In this document: positions 32,330-41,814 of the stretch, piece by piece
Position numbering within the stretch: position 1 is the stretch's first letter
Layout: the number at the start of each line of letters is the position of its first letter
Made by a program: the position numbers and the translations under genes
From: a virus
Length of the DNA: 64,000 nt
Direction: 5' to 3' (one strand)
IMG/VR virus record: IMGVR_UViG_3300036820_000001
The notes under the pieces: generated by a model
The model's database searches: none
What the model was told of the DNA's origin: nothing
Seen by the model: only the letters and a program-made list of their open reading frames with translations

Positions 32330-35300
32330 ATGGCGTGGTCACGCCTCCAGTCCAACAGCGCGACCAACAGCAGCGGGAACGCGTCGGTCGCGTATACCAG
32401 CAACCTGACGTCCGGCTCGGTGATGATCGCCATCGTCGGCCTCAACAGCGATGATGCGGTTCTTGGTACTGCGTGCACGGTCAAGGATAGTAACAACAAT
32501 GCATTCACGTTCCTTGGCGGTAACGTAGCGGCTGGGTGGGACTTCCTCGGGGTGTATGTGCTGGCCACCCCGTCCGGGGACGCTGGTACTAAGCCGACTA
32601 TTACCGGCACATTCAATGTCACGGATAACTTCGGCTGGGTTATCCTCGTGCAGGAGATATCAGGGATTAGCGTCACACCGGACGGCACCCTGGCAGGCAA
32701 TAGCGGGAGCGGAACGCCTGCGACGCTGGGTGCGTACTCGGACACCGCGTCTAATGAATACCTGCTCGTGGTCTACGGTGACGCGGCTGGTAACGCGACG
32801 GCGACTACGCCGACTGGCTACACGGCTGACCCATCCAATAACAGCGGCAGCTTCAACTTCGACCTGTTTGTGTTTTATAAGAACTCGACCGGTGGCACTG
32901 AGTCCGCGTCCATTACCACGAACACGTCTGGTGACTGGTCTACCACGGTCGTGGCTCTTAAGCTGGCTGGCGGGACGTCCATCTCCAGCTCGGATAGCGG
33001 GACTGGGTCTGAGCTAGGCACCGTGTCTGGCCCGGTTGATGTCACGTGGAAGCCGACGACGCTTAACGGCACCAACACTCTGACGTCCACGTCGTTCACG
33101 CCCAGCCCTAATGTGCTGCTGGTCGCCATCGGCGCGGTATGTAACGGCAACGGACTGACCACTACCAGCTTCACGCTGACGGGGACGGGGCCTCAGACAT
33201 GGACCCAGCTTCTGTTTGCTAACGATGGGTCCGGTGCAGGTGGCGGGTCAGCCGTATGGGTGTCGGACTCGGGGTCTTCCCCGGCCAGCCAGACTGTTAC
33301 TGTTACTGCGCTGCCGTCCACGGTCACGGACTGTGACGTCATGATCTTCGAGGCTGTGGGCGCTGCTGACGCGGCTGCGCAGATAGCTCAGGCGGCGCTG
33401 AATGGGCAGACTGCGACTGGCACGCAGTCCGGTATCACCATTACCCCGGCGCAGACGGGATCGATGCTGGTGGGTGCCTGTGGTCAGGCACCGGCGACTG
33501 CGTTTGTGGTGGATGGCGTAATCACTGACACTTTTGCCGCGCCTGCCAAGGGCGCCAATAACGGGTATGCGACGGCGTTCTACGCCATAGCCAGGACGAC
33601 GGCCGGGGTTGCGGTTACCTTTGGCGCGACCGCTACTCGTAATAAGTCAGCCTTCACTGGCGTAGAGATCATCCCGCCGGCTCCGTCGCCATTGCCGATG
33701 ACGGCGGCGAGTCCTGGCAAGGCTGTGCCTGGCGCAGTTAGCCCGGGAGTTATCCCGGTGTCAGGCGGCGGATCGACTCCCAAGTCCAGCTCGGATGCGA
33801 GTGCCGCGGGGGCGGACGCGCAGGCGCTGACCGCGAGGGTGCCGAGCGCGGATACGGGCACCGGGGCCGAGCTGCAGGGCGTTCACGAGATCATCCCGGA
33901 AGCTGGGCTGGACACCGGCGCTGGCCTGGAGACGCAGGCGCTCACGGCCAGGGTGCCCAGTACGGACGCTGGCACTGGGACCGAGCTGCAGGCGCTCACG
34001 GCGTTCGTGCACGACTCGGACAGCGGCACGGGCCTGGAGACGCAGAGCGTCGTCCAGTTTAACCAGGTGGCATCGCCTGACTCTGGGGCCGGGCTAGAGG
34101 CGCAGGGCGTCATAGCATCCGTATCCGGCTCGGACACGGGCACTGGAGCGGACGCGCAGGCGCTGGGCGTCGCTGGGGCGGACAGCGGGTCGGGCGCTGA
34201 CGCCGGGCAGGTGCGAGCAGCCCTGTTGTCGGCTGACGTTGGCACTGGAGCTGACGCCCAGCAGATCGGCGTGGCGAGTTCTGACAGCGGAGCGGGGGCG
34301 GATGGTACCGGGACGGTATCTGCCCGGCTGAGTTCGGCTGACACCGGCACCGGTGCTGAGGCGCAGTACGTGCTGGTCACCTCGGCTGATGCTGGGACGG
34401 GGGCTGAGACTGGCGTTATCGTTGCGACGCTGGCCGGTGCCGACTCTGGGTCTGGGACTGAGGCTCAGTACGTCGGGGTGGCCAGCGCTGACGCAGGCAC
34501 CGGCCAGGAGGCTGGGCAGGCTAACGCAGTCGTGCTGGCCGCGGACTCGGGTACCGGGGCTGAGGCGCAGATCATCGCGGTGGCTTCGTCTGACGCTGGG
34601 CTGGGTGGTGACGCTGGCACTGCGACTGAGACCATCCCGGTGGCCAGCGCCGATACTGGGCACGGTGCTGAGACCGGCGTTGCCGCGGCCAGCCTGGCGG
34701 GATCGGACAGTGGCACCGGGGCGGACGCCCAGGGCATCGGCCTGTCTGCGCTGGACGCTGGCACTGGGGCTGAGACTGGCGTCGTCACGGCTGCCCTGGC
34801 TGGCCAGGACGCGGGCACCGGATCTGATGCGCAGGCAGTATTGCTGGCGTCGGCTGACGCGGGCACTGGCGCTGACGCCGGGCAGTCGTCGGCCAGGCTG
34901 GCGGCAGCGGACAGCGGGTCGGGCGCTGAGCTGCAGATCGTCGGGGTGTCCTCGGCCGACGCTGGGTCTGGGCTGGACGCTGGCGCTGAGGTCAGCACCA
35001 CACCGGTGTCTGGCAGCGACGCGGGGTCTGGGGCTGAGGCGCAGTTTGTCGGCGTCAGCGGGCTGGACGCGGGCACCGGGGTGGAGGCGGTCAGCGACCT
35101 CGACCGGCTGAACTCGCTGGACACCGGGCAGGGCACGGAGGCGCAGTTCGTCGGCGTCCGTGGGCTGGACGCGGGGACTGGAGCGGACGCGGGCTCTGTC
35201 TTCGAGACCATCCCGGTGGCCGGGTCGGATACCGGCGCTGGCGCTGAGGCTCAGGTCATCCTGGTGGCTAGCGCGGACGCTGGCACGGGTGCGGACGCGG

Positions 35301-36763
35301 GCAGCCCGTTCGAGATCATTCCGGTGGCTGGGTCCGATACGGGTAGCGGCAGTGCAGCTCAGACTGTTCGGGTTAACGCGAGTGACGCTGGCACTGGCCA
35401 GGAGGCGTCCAGCGTCGCAGCGGCGGCGGCGGGGGCCGACGCGGGCACCGGGGCGGACCAGGGCGTCCAGCTTGGCCTGGCAGGGCTGGAGGCGGCATCC
35501 GGGGCCGACGCTGGCACTGTCGTCGCATCGGCCGCTAGCGCGGACGCGGGCACTGGCGGCGAGGCCTGGAGTGTCATCCTGCCGCTGGCCGACGCAGGCA
35601 CCGGGGCGGAGTCTCAGGCGCTGCTCGCCCGGCTGGCGGACAGCGACCTCGGCACGGGCGCGGACAGCGGGACGGCCAACAGGTCGGGCAGCCCGTCCGA
35701 CAGTGACCACGGCACCGGCGCTGAGGCGCAGACGGTCACCGCCCGGCTGGCGGACAGCGACCTCGGCATGGGTGCTGAGGCCCAGCAGACTGGCGTGATG
35801 GTCACCGGTGCTGACGCTGGCATCGGGGCTGAGGCACAGCACGAGGCGGTGGCCGCGGCCGACTCCGGGTCCGGCTCCGAATCGCAGTTCACGCGGGTCA
35901 GTTCGGCCGACGCTGGGTCTGGCGCTGAGGCGCAGACGGTCGTCGAGCAGATGGCCGGATCGGACAGCGGCACCGGAGCCGAGTTGCAGAGCGTCCGGCT
36001 GCCGAGCGCAGACGCTGGGACTGGCGCTGAGGCGCAGTCGCTGGCGGCTAGGCTGGCTGACTACGACCTCGGCCAGGGCACGGACACCGGGCAGGTGATC
36101 GGGCAGTCCGTGCAGGTGTCCTCCTCGGACGCGGGCACTGGCGCTGACCTGACTGGCCAGCTGGGGCTGGCATCAGCGGACGTAGGGTCCGGGGCTGAGG
36201 CTCAGGTCATGCTGGGCCGCCCGGCTGACGCCGACACTGGCACCGGCACGGACGCGGGGCAGCAGACGGGCCACCCGGCGGACGCGGATCACGGAGCTGG
36301 CGGCGACCTGACTGGCGCGGTCGGGCTGGCGTCGGCTGACACGGGCACTGGGGCCATGGCGCAGGCGATCGGCCTCGCGGGGTCCGACGCGGCGGCCGGG
36401 CTGGAGTTCTGGGGCATCGTTGCGCACCTGTTCGACCTGGACAGCGGGGCGGACACGGAGTTCGGGTTCGTCCCTGGGCTTATCCAGTTCGTGTCCGACT
36501 CGGACGCTGGCACCGGGGCGCAGGGCTACGCCATCGGGCTGCGATTGTCGGACGCGGGCACCGGGGCGAGCACGGAGGCGGTGCCCGGCCAGTCTCTGGA
36601 TGTGGGCGATTTCGACTCCGGTCACGGTGTGGATGGCCTCTGGTACACGTGGGGGACTGGCTGGGGGGCCATCATCTTTGACCTGCAGATCGTGGCGGCG
36701 CAGATCAGCCAGGATGCGGCTGGTGAGGCGCAGCTGGTGATGCTGGCTGAGCCACCGTCCTAG
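32330..36763 (+). CDS. giant fibre-family protein (two N-domains + ~55 S-x-D-x-G-T-G-x-E repeats)
   Basis: 1477 aa. The N-terminal ~450 aa are a tandem duplication of a domain also found in 18016..19590. The rest is the repeat array. Confidence 0.85.
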   Translation: MAWSRLQSNSATNSSGNASVAYTSNLTSGSVMIAIVGLNSDDAVLGTACTVKDSNNNAFTFLGGNVAAGWDFLGVYVLATPSGDAGTKPTITGTFNVTDNFGWVILVQEISGISVTPDGTLAGNSGSGTPATLGAYSDTASNEYLLVVYGDAAGNATATTPTGYTADPSNNSGSFNFDLFVFYKNSTGGTESASITTNTSGDWSTTVVALKLAGGTSISSSDSGTGSELGTVSGPVDVTWKPTTLNGTNTLTSTSFTPSPNVLLVAIGAVCNGNGLTTTSFTLTGTGPQTWTQLLFANDGSGAGGGSAVWVSDSGSSPASQTVTVTALPSTVTDCDVMIFEAVGAADAAAQIAQAALNGQTATGTQSGITITPAQTGSMLVGACGQAPATAFVVDGVITDTFAAPAKGANNGYATAFYAIARTTAGVAVTFGATATRNKSAFTGVEIIPPAPSPLPMTAASPGKAVPGAVSPGVIPVSGGGSTPKSSSDASAAGADAQALTARVPSADTGTGAELQGVHEIIPEAGLDTGAGLETQALTARVPSTDAGTGTELQALTAFVHDSDSGTGLETQSVVQFNQVASPDSGAGLEAQGVIASVSGSDTGTGADAQALGVAGADSGSGADAGQVRAALLSADVGTGADAQQIGVASSDSGAGADGTGTVSARLSSADTGTGAEAQYVLVTSADAGTGAETGVIVATLAGADSGSGTEAQYVGVASADAGTGQEAGQANAVVLAADSGTGAEAQIIAVASSDAGLGGDAGTATETIPVASADTGHGAETGVAAASLAGSDSGTGADAQGIGLSALDAGTGAETGVVTAALAGQDAGTGSDAQAVLLASADAGTGADAGQSSARLAAADSGSGAELQIVGVSSADAGSGLDAGAEVSTTPVSGSDAGSGAEAQFVGVSGLDAGTGVEAVSDLDRLNSLDTGQGTEAQFVGVRGLDAGTGADAGSVFETIPVAGSDTGAGAEAQVILVASADAGTGADAGSPFEIIPVAGSDTGSGSAAQTVRVNASDAGTGQEASSVAAAAAGADAGTGADQGVQLGLAGLEAASGADAGTVVASAASADAGTGGEAWSVILPLADAGTGAESQALLARLADSDLGTGADSGTANRSGSPSDSDHGTGAEAQTVTARLADSDLGMGAEAQQTGVMVTGADAGIGAEAQHEAVAAADSGSGSESQFTRVSSADAGSGAEAQTVVEQMAGSDSGTGAELQSVRLPSADAGTGAEAQSLAARLADYDLGQGTDTGQVIGQSVQVSSSDAGTGADLTGQLGLASADVGSGAEAQVMLGRPADADTGTGTDAGQQTGHPADADHGAGGDLTGAVGLASADTGTGAMAQAIGLAGSDAAAGLEFWGIVAHLFDLDSGADTEFGFVPGLIQFVSDSDAGTGAQGYAIGLRLSDAGTGASTEAVPGQSLDVGDFDSGHGVDGLWYTWGTGWGAIIFDLQIVAAQISQDAAGEAQLVMLAEPPS
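33785..36636 (+). repeat. in-frame tandem array of S-x-D-x-G-T-G-x-E/D units with a ~33-35-aa super-repeat (approximate bounds)
   Basis: Cores such as SADAGTGAE, GSDSGTGAD and SADTGTGAE. Two flavours alternate at 34380-35480. Confidence 0.85.
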
Positions 36764-36780
36764 CACCCGATTGCAGAGAC

Positions 36781-37095
36781 GTGACGCTCTACGTCGGGAT
36801 GAACATAGACCTCAAGGTCCGCGGCACGGACGGCTTCACGCGGAAGATCATCGCGGACGCCGGGTGCACCATTAACCTGTTCGCTCCGCCCAAGAACCCG
36901 CAGGAGAACCCGGCCGACCGGGAGGACCCTGACTACGTGGCCACGGCGACATACGACACGCCCAGTCGCTACTACATCGCCACCGTCCCCACGACTGGGT
37001 GGGTACCGGGAACGTGGTGGATGCAGGGCATCATTTCGGGCGGGTCGGAGAACTACTACGCGTTCGACTTCGAGAGCTTCACGCTAGAGCCCTGA
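36781..37095 (+). CDS. hypothetical protein (beta-sandwich-like)
   Basis: 104-aa track ORF with a GTG start. Confidence 0.55.
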   Translation: MTLYVGMNIDLKVRGTDGFTRKIIADAGCTINLFAPPKNPQENPADREDPDYVATATYDTPSRYYIATVPTTGWVPGTWWMQGIISGGSENYYAFDFESFTLEP

Positions 37096-37217
37096 CAGTT
37101 GCCAGAGGTGTGCCTATCGGCGTACCATCCGTTTAACCGTGCGTGCACGAGCAGCCTGTTGATGCCGCGGCGCGGCCTTCCCCCAGAGCCACCGCATGCA
37201 CGTCAGGAGTACGTTTA

Positions 37218-37580
37218 ATGGGCCTCGTCCGTCGTGAGCCGGTACTGATGGTGGGGGCTGGGCTTAACGGCCTCATCCTCATGTTCTTCGCGTTCTTCCC
37301 TGGGTTCCACCTGACGTCGGCTGAGCTGGCGGCGATCGGGACCATCTCCACGGCGCTGTGCGCGCTGGTCGGGGCGTTCCTGACCACCCCTCCCAACCAG
37401 GGGATCATCTCGGCATCCATATCTACGATACTGGTGGCGGCTGCGGCGTTCGGGCTGCACCTGAGCCCGCACACCATCGCCGTGGTGGCGGCCGGGATCG
37501 TCACGGTGATGAGCTACTTGCTGCGGCACAACGTGTCGCCGGTGGTCGGGCAGGCACCCGCCCCGGCCGGGAAGCTGTAG
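37218..37580 (+). CDS. multi-pass membrane protein (holin-like candidate)
   Basis: CAGGAG RBS 8 nt upstream of the ATG. Three to four hydrophobic helices. The holin role is an inference. Confidence 0.6.
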   Translation: MGLVRREPVLMVGAGLNGLILMFFAFFPGFHLTSAELAAIGTISTALCALVGAFLTTPPNQGIISASISTILVAAAAFGLHLSPHTIAVVAAGIVTVMSYLLRHNVSPVVGQAPAPAGKL

Positions 37581-37590
37581 GCGGCGCGGC

Positions 37591-38304
37591 ATGTCCCAGC
37601 CAGCGATTAGCGCTATTCCGCTTGCCGTGCCTGAGCAGGAGCAGGTGTTCCTGGTGGTCGGCGGCGTGATGCTCAGCGTCAACATGGTCACCGAGGCGCG
37701 CGAGATACTGACCGAGGCACCGGGCCTGATGGTGCGGCAGCCTCTCGCCCGATACCGCAACCCGCTCGCGCTGTGCGACTACCACAGCGAGGCCGCGCCG
37801 TACCGGGGCAAGTTCTACGCGTCGCTGACGTTCACCGGGCGCGGCGCGGCGGGCCGACCGGCCACCAAGCACGCGTTCATGCACGCGCTGCGGGTGCGAT
37901 CGGAAGAGGCGATGCGGGACGCGCCGCTGATAGCGGCGATGCCCATGGCTGCAAGGGCTTACGAGGCGATGGCCACGGACGTCAGCTACGTGATGGCCAT
38001 GTCCAAGATGGCGGTCGGCATCCTCCAGAAGCAGCACTCGTGGCGGCTGCGGTCGGAGCTGCGGCAGGCGCAGCAGACGGCGGCGGCGGAGTGCGCCAAG
38101 CAGGCCGGTGAGTTCAGCTGCGATAACAAATCAGCGTGCGGCACGGGCGCTTGCCGGTTCGCGTGCGGCATCTACAAGTCCGTGACAGCGCCCGCTGGAG
38201 ACGGGAAGACGGCCCGCCCTGCCAACCACGGGGGCGGGCCGTACGCGTCGGACACGGCGCTGGCCGAGCTGGAGCGGCTGCAGCCGTTCCGGCTGCCGGC
38301 GTGA
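37591..38304 (+). CDS. hypothetical protein
   Basis: 237-aa track ORF. Confidence 0.6.
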   Translation: MSQPAISAIPLAVPEQEQVFLVVGGVMLSVNMVTEAREILTEAPGLMVRQPLARYRNPLALCDYHSEAAPYRGKFYASLTFTGRGAAGRPATKHAFMHALRVRSEEAMRDAPLIAAMPMAARAYEAMATDVSYVMAMSKMAVGILQKQHSWRLRSELRQAQQTAAAECAKQAGEFSCDNKSACGTGACRFACGIYKSVTAPAGDGKTARPANHGGGPYASDTALAELERLQPFRLPA

Positions 38305-38396
38305 GCGAGACGGTAGAAAACCCTCGTGGTGCCCTCCGTGGTTTACACCGAATACGAGTCGGCGGAAACGGGGGCAAAGAGGGTGGGGGAAGCTGC

Positions 38397-38735
38397 ATGG
38401 TGACTTATAACTACTACGTGGACCGGACGGACGGCAGCAAGCACACCGGCCTCTACAACGGGCCGGACGCCGCGGACGCGATGGCGGCCTGGAGCAGGGC
38501 CGTCACGGCTGGCCACGAGTACGTGATGATCGAGGCGCTGCGCGAGAAGCCTCCGCTGCCGCCCCCGGAGTTCGCTGAGACGGCTGCGCAGACGCTGGAC
38601 ATCGAGCCGGTGAAGGACAAGCTGCTGAGCGCGCACCACGCCACGACGCGGGACGGAGACCCCATGAACATCGTCTGCAGCTGCGGGTACGACGGGTGGC
38701 CGTGCCCCTATAAGAGCCCGGCGGCGACGCCATGA
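38397..38735 (+). CDS. hypothetical protein
   Basis: ATG after the GGGTGGGGGAAG RBS region, in frame with track ORF 38136. Confidence 0.55.
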   Translation: MVTYNYYVDRTDGSKHTGLYNGPDAADAMAAWSRAVTAGHEYVMIEALREKPPLPPPEFAETAAQTLDIEPVKDKLLSAHHATTRDGDPMNIVCSCGYDGWPCPYKSPAATP

Positions 38736-38932
38736 CGCTGGATGAGGCCAAGGCGGCGGTCGAGCGGGACATCCGGCGCAAGATTGAGGCGGGCGAGCCG
38801 CTGGCCGGGGAGCTGCTGCCGAAGGACCCGGTGCGGATCGACGTGGTTGGCCGGGCACCATGGGACATGCAGGTGCGGGTCGTGTACGCCGACCGCGCGC
38901 CGTTCTACTTCGACGTCACGGAGGCGCGCTGA
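38732..38932 (+). CDS. hypothetical protein
   Basis: ATGA-coupled track ORF. Confidence 0.5.
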   Translation: MTLDEAKAAVERDIRRKIEAGEPLAGELLPKDPVRIDVVGRAPWDMQVRVVYADRAPFYFDVTEAR

Positions 38933-39375
38933 TGGAAGAGGGATCGCACGGGGTCGAGACTGAGGCGGTCGAGAAGTTCGGCCCGGACGGGCAGCCGCTG
39001 ACCGACGTCGGGGACCTGACGTCGGAGCAGATCAGCTCGCTGATCAAGCGGGCGCAGGCCATGTCGGTGATGAGCCGGGTGAAGTCGCGGAAGCTGCTGC
39101 GGTTCGCGCCGCCCGACCGGAACATCCTGCCGCCCCCGGAGATGGACCCGCTGCCGCCCCGGCTGCTGGGCACGACGCCGTTCACCACGCAGGCGGAGCC
39201 GCCGGAACCGGAGCGCGGGGGCACGTTCTTCTACTGCCCGTGGGCGGAGGACCGGACCGAGCACGGCCGGGTGACCCACTGGGCGTGCGGCGTCCTCAAG
39301 CCCGGCTGGGCCACCGGCACCCGGTTCCGCACCGAGGCTGCCTACCGGCGGCACTGGAGGCGTCAGCATGCCTGA
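38932..39375 (+). CDS. hypothetical protein
   Basis: TGATG-coupled start inside track ORF 38860. Confidence 0.55.
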   Translation: MEEGSHGVETEAVEKFGPDGQPLTDVGDLTSEQISSLIKRAQAMSVMSRVKSRKLLRFAPPDRNILPPPEMDPLPPRLLGTTPFTTQAEPPEPERGGTFFYCPWAEDRTEHGRVTHWACGVLKPGWATGTRFRTEAAYRRHWRRQHA

Positions 39376-39829
39376 GACGATGCCCGAGGCCGGGAGCAGC
39401 GGGCCGAACCCGTGCGGGCACCACCGGCCGTGCCGGATGGCAGCGCATGACCCGAACCCGCCAGCGCGGCTAGACCGGGAGCACGGTGTCTCGTTCAGCG
39501 GGCAGCCCATCAGCTACCCGGCGACGGTTCCCGGCGAGGTCGAGGTGCGGCGGGATCTCCCGGCGGTCCCTGAGTACGACCAGAGCCCGCAGTGGGTGCT
39601 GGTCGGGATAGACCTGGGGAATCAGGTAGGGGTGCTGGCGTCATCGTCGCTGACGACGGCGCAGCTGACCCGGAAACGGGACATGGTGATGAAGAAATCG
39701 CCCTGGGGCACGATGCGGGTGGAGGAGACGCACTGCGCGCTGGTGACCCAGTTCACCGACTTCACGTTCATCCGCGGCGACTCGTTCATCGATGTGATGC
39801 GGACGGTGGCGGAGGTGTGGCACCCGTGA
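39368..39829 (+). CDS. hypothetical protein
   Basis: 153-aa track ORF. Confidence 0.55.
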   Translation: MPETMPEAGSSGPNPCGHHRPCRMAAHDPNPPARLDREHGVSFSGQPISYPATVPGEVEVRRDLPAVPEYDQSPQWVLVGIDLGNQVGVLASSSLTTAQLTRKRDMVMKKSPWGTMRVEETHCALVTQFTDFTFIRGDSFIDVMRTVAEVWHP

Positions 39830-39951
39830 AGATCAAGATCACCATCAACATGAAATGGCCCAGGCTGCTGCGCAGGCGGCCCAAGCGGCGGTGCTGCGGC
39901 GAGTGCCCGGCCGGGGCGTGCTGGAAGTTCGACCGCGGGGAGAGGCCGTGA
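39826..39951 (+). CDS. small basic Cys-rich protein
   Basis: GTGA overlap start. 41 aa. Confidence 0.3.
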   Translation: MKIKITINMKWPRLLRRRPKRRCCGECPAGACWKFDRGERP

Positions 39952-40058
39952 GGGCCTGGACGGACTGGACCGGGCACGACTGGGAGGCCTGCTACCCCAA
40001 GCCATGCGAGTGCGGATGCCCTGGGTGCACGGACCTGCGAGAGCGGGGGGTTCACTGA
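39948..40058 (+). CDS. small Cys-rich protein
   Basis: GTGA overlap start. 36 aa (CECGCPGC). Confidence 0.3.
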   Translation: MRAWTDWTGHDWEACYPKPCECGCPGCTDLRERGVH

Positions 40059-40537
40059 TGACCATCCCTGGCGAGACGGGGCGGCAGATGAACTCGGCGG
40101 TCAGCTGGGCGCTGCGGAACCTGCAGCAGTTCGGGGTCGAGCAGGAGGGGTCGCGCACCGCGGCCGACGTGCTGTTCGAGCTGTGGCGGCACGGCTACGC
40201 GGCCGGGACGCGGGACGAGAAGTCGGCTGAGAACAAGATCCGGCGCGCTCAGCCGCCTGGTGCGGTGCGGGCGGCGATGAGCGGGGCGCAGGCCGAGGCG
40301 GCGGCCGAAGAGGGCTGGGAGTGGGGCACTGGCCTGGGGCTGAAGCCGGGGCAGGCGTTCCGGTTCGGCGGGTGCGACACGGGGCGGCCGACCGTGGACC
40401 GCCACGCGGTAGTGTCCAGCGTCGCGCCGCACTTGCGGATGTGCCTGTCGGACACTGGCGAGCGGGTGCGGGTGCCGGTGATGTTCTGGATGAACACGGA
40501 GGGGGCGGAGGATGACAACGGACCAGCGGCCGCCTGA
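40058..40537 (+). CDS. hypothetical protein
   Basis: TGATG-coupled start inside track ORF 40004. Confidence 0.55.
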   Translation: MTIPGETGRQMNSAVSWALRNLQQFGVEQEGSRTAADVLFELWRHGYAAGTRDEKSAENKIRRAQPPGAVRAAMSGAQAEAAAEEGWEWGTGLGLKPGQAFRFGGCDTGRPTVDRHAVVSSVAPHLRMCLSDTGERVRVPVMFWMNTEGAEDDNGPAAA

Positions 40538-40606
40538 GGCCGAAGAGGACAAGCAGGAGCGCGAGCCGCTGCGGTGGCCCGACCGGATCGGCCTGGTGCA
40601 CGGCGA

Positions 40607-40849
40607 GTGAGCGCGGACACGGAGTTCAACGCGCTGGGAAAGCCGGTGCCGACGATACGCCAGGTGGCGGCGCTCGACTGTGCGGTGGACGTGATGGGGG
40701 TGGACCCCAAGCTGGCCGACCCGGTGATCAGGGACGCGGCGCGCTACATCGAGCTGGACAAGCCGTGGCAGGCGCTGCAGGTCCTGCGCAACATCGTGGA
40801 CCTGACCGGCGCTTACCGGCTGATGGCGGTGATGTGCACGGATGCCTGA
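40607..40849 (+). CDS. hypothetical protein
   Basis: GTG start inside track ORF 40574. A 32-aa ORF at 40512..40610 may precede it. Confidence 0.45.
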   Translation: MSADTEFNALGKPVPTIRQVAALDCAVDVMGVDPKLADPVIRDAARYIELDKPWQALQVLRNIVDLTGAYRLMAVMCTDA

Positions 40850-41120
40850 GTGCAAGCACGAGATCGATATAGCCACCTGCGGGGACTGCACGCCGCGCCA
40901 CGGGGCTGAGCCCGCGACGGTCGGTCCCCGCAGGTCGGGTTACGGGCGGGGCACGCTGGGGCCGTGGTTCACGGCCAGCCTGGACGGCGACTGCTCCGGC
41001 CCGTGCGGCGGGGAGATCTGGGAGGGCGACCGGATCAGGTCGGACGGCGAGGGCGGGTGGCTGTGCTCGGACTGCGGGCGCGACGCCGAGGACGACGAGA
41101 GGGTGCCGAGACTGTGGTGA
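40842..41120 (+). CDS. zinc-finger-like protein
   Basis: Track ORF with CGDC..CSGPCGG..CSDCG motifs. Confidence 0.55.
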   Translation: MPECKHEIDIATCGDCTPRHGAEPATVGPRRSGYGRGTLGPWFTASLDGDCSGPCGGEIWEGDRIRSDGEGGWLCSDCGRDAEDDERVPRLW

Positions 41121-41320
41121 GGTTCTGGTGGCGGCTGACGGTGGTCGCGTCGATCCCGGTGTTCGCGGTCGCGTACGCCGCCTGCGCGGCCCTCATGCTG
41201 CCGCTGGCGGTGGCTGGGTTCCTGGCCATGGCGGACGCGATGCTGGGCATGGCGCTGTGGTTCGCGGTGTCGGACACCTGGGACGCGATGACGGAGCGGG
41301 CGAGGGGGGAGCGGTGGTGA
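41117..41320 (+). CDS. small membrane protein
   Basis: GTGA overlap start. Two hydrophobic helices. Confidence 0.5.
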   Translation: MRFWWRLTVVASIPVFAVAYAACAALMLPLAVAGFLAMADAMLGMALWFAVSDTWDAMTERARGERW

Positions 41321-41814
41321 GCGGGGAGCCGTACGACTACGGGGACTATGCGCGGCTGGCGGCGGCCGGGGAGCGGGCTAGCCTTGCGGACTCGTTCACG
41401 GAGGCTGCTGACGCGGACCGGCTGTGGGCGGCGTCTACGGCGCTGCCGTCGCACGAGCAGATCATGACCATGGCGCACGCGGCTGCGTCGGCGCAGAGCC
41501 AGCTGGAGTACTACGCGCACATGACCGAGCAGATGGGCTTGGCCGCGGTCGCGATGGACGGGTTCGCGGGCACGTTCGCGACGCAGGACGAGCTGGCGCA
41601 GTTCTGCGAGCCGCTGCCGGAGCCGAATCCGGGCGACACCGCCGAGGAGCGCTACTACCGGGCTGCGTCGCGGTGGGAGACGCGGTGCTCACAGAGACAG
41701 CGGTGGCGGGTGAAGTGGCACGGGATGTCCTGCGTCTGCCGCGGGTGCCTGGACGCCGACTTCATCGTCTACATCTACGAGGACATCGAGCAGCTGGAGG
41801 TGCGGGGCTTGTGA
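41317..41814 (+). CDS. hypothetical protein
   Basis: GTGA overlap start inside track ORF 41128. Confidence 0.55.
   Translation: MSGEPYDYGDYARLAAAGERASLADSFTEAADADRLWAASTALPSHEQIMTMAHAAASAQSQLEYYAHMTEQMGLAAVAMDGFAGTFATQDELAQFCEPLPEPNPGDTAEERYYRAASRWETRCSQRQRWRVKWHGMSCVCRGCLDADFIVYIYEDIEQLEVRGL

Noticed and set aside
33785-36636. Regular ~40-48-nt periodicity that could be mistaken for a CRISPR array or a non-coding satellite.
   Set aside because: The units are imperfect, have no unique spacers, and are in frame within one continuous ORF with strong GC3. They are protein repeats.
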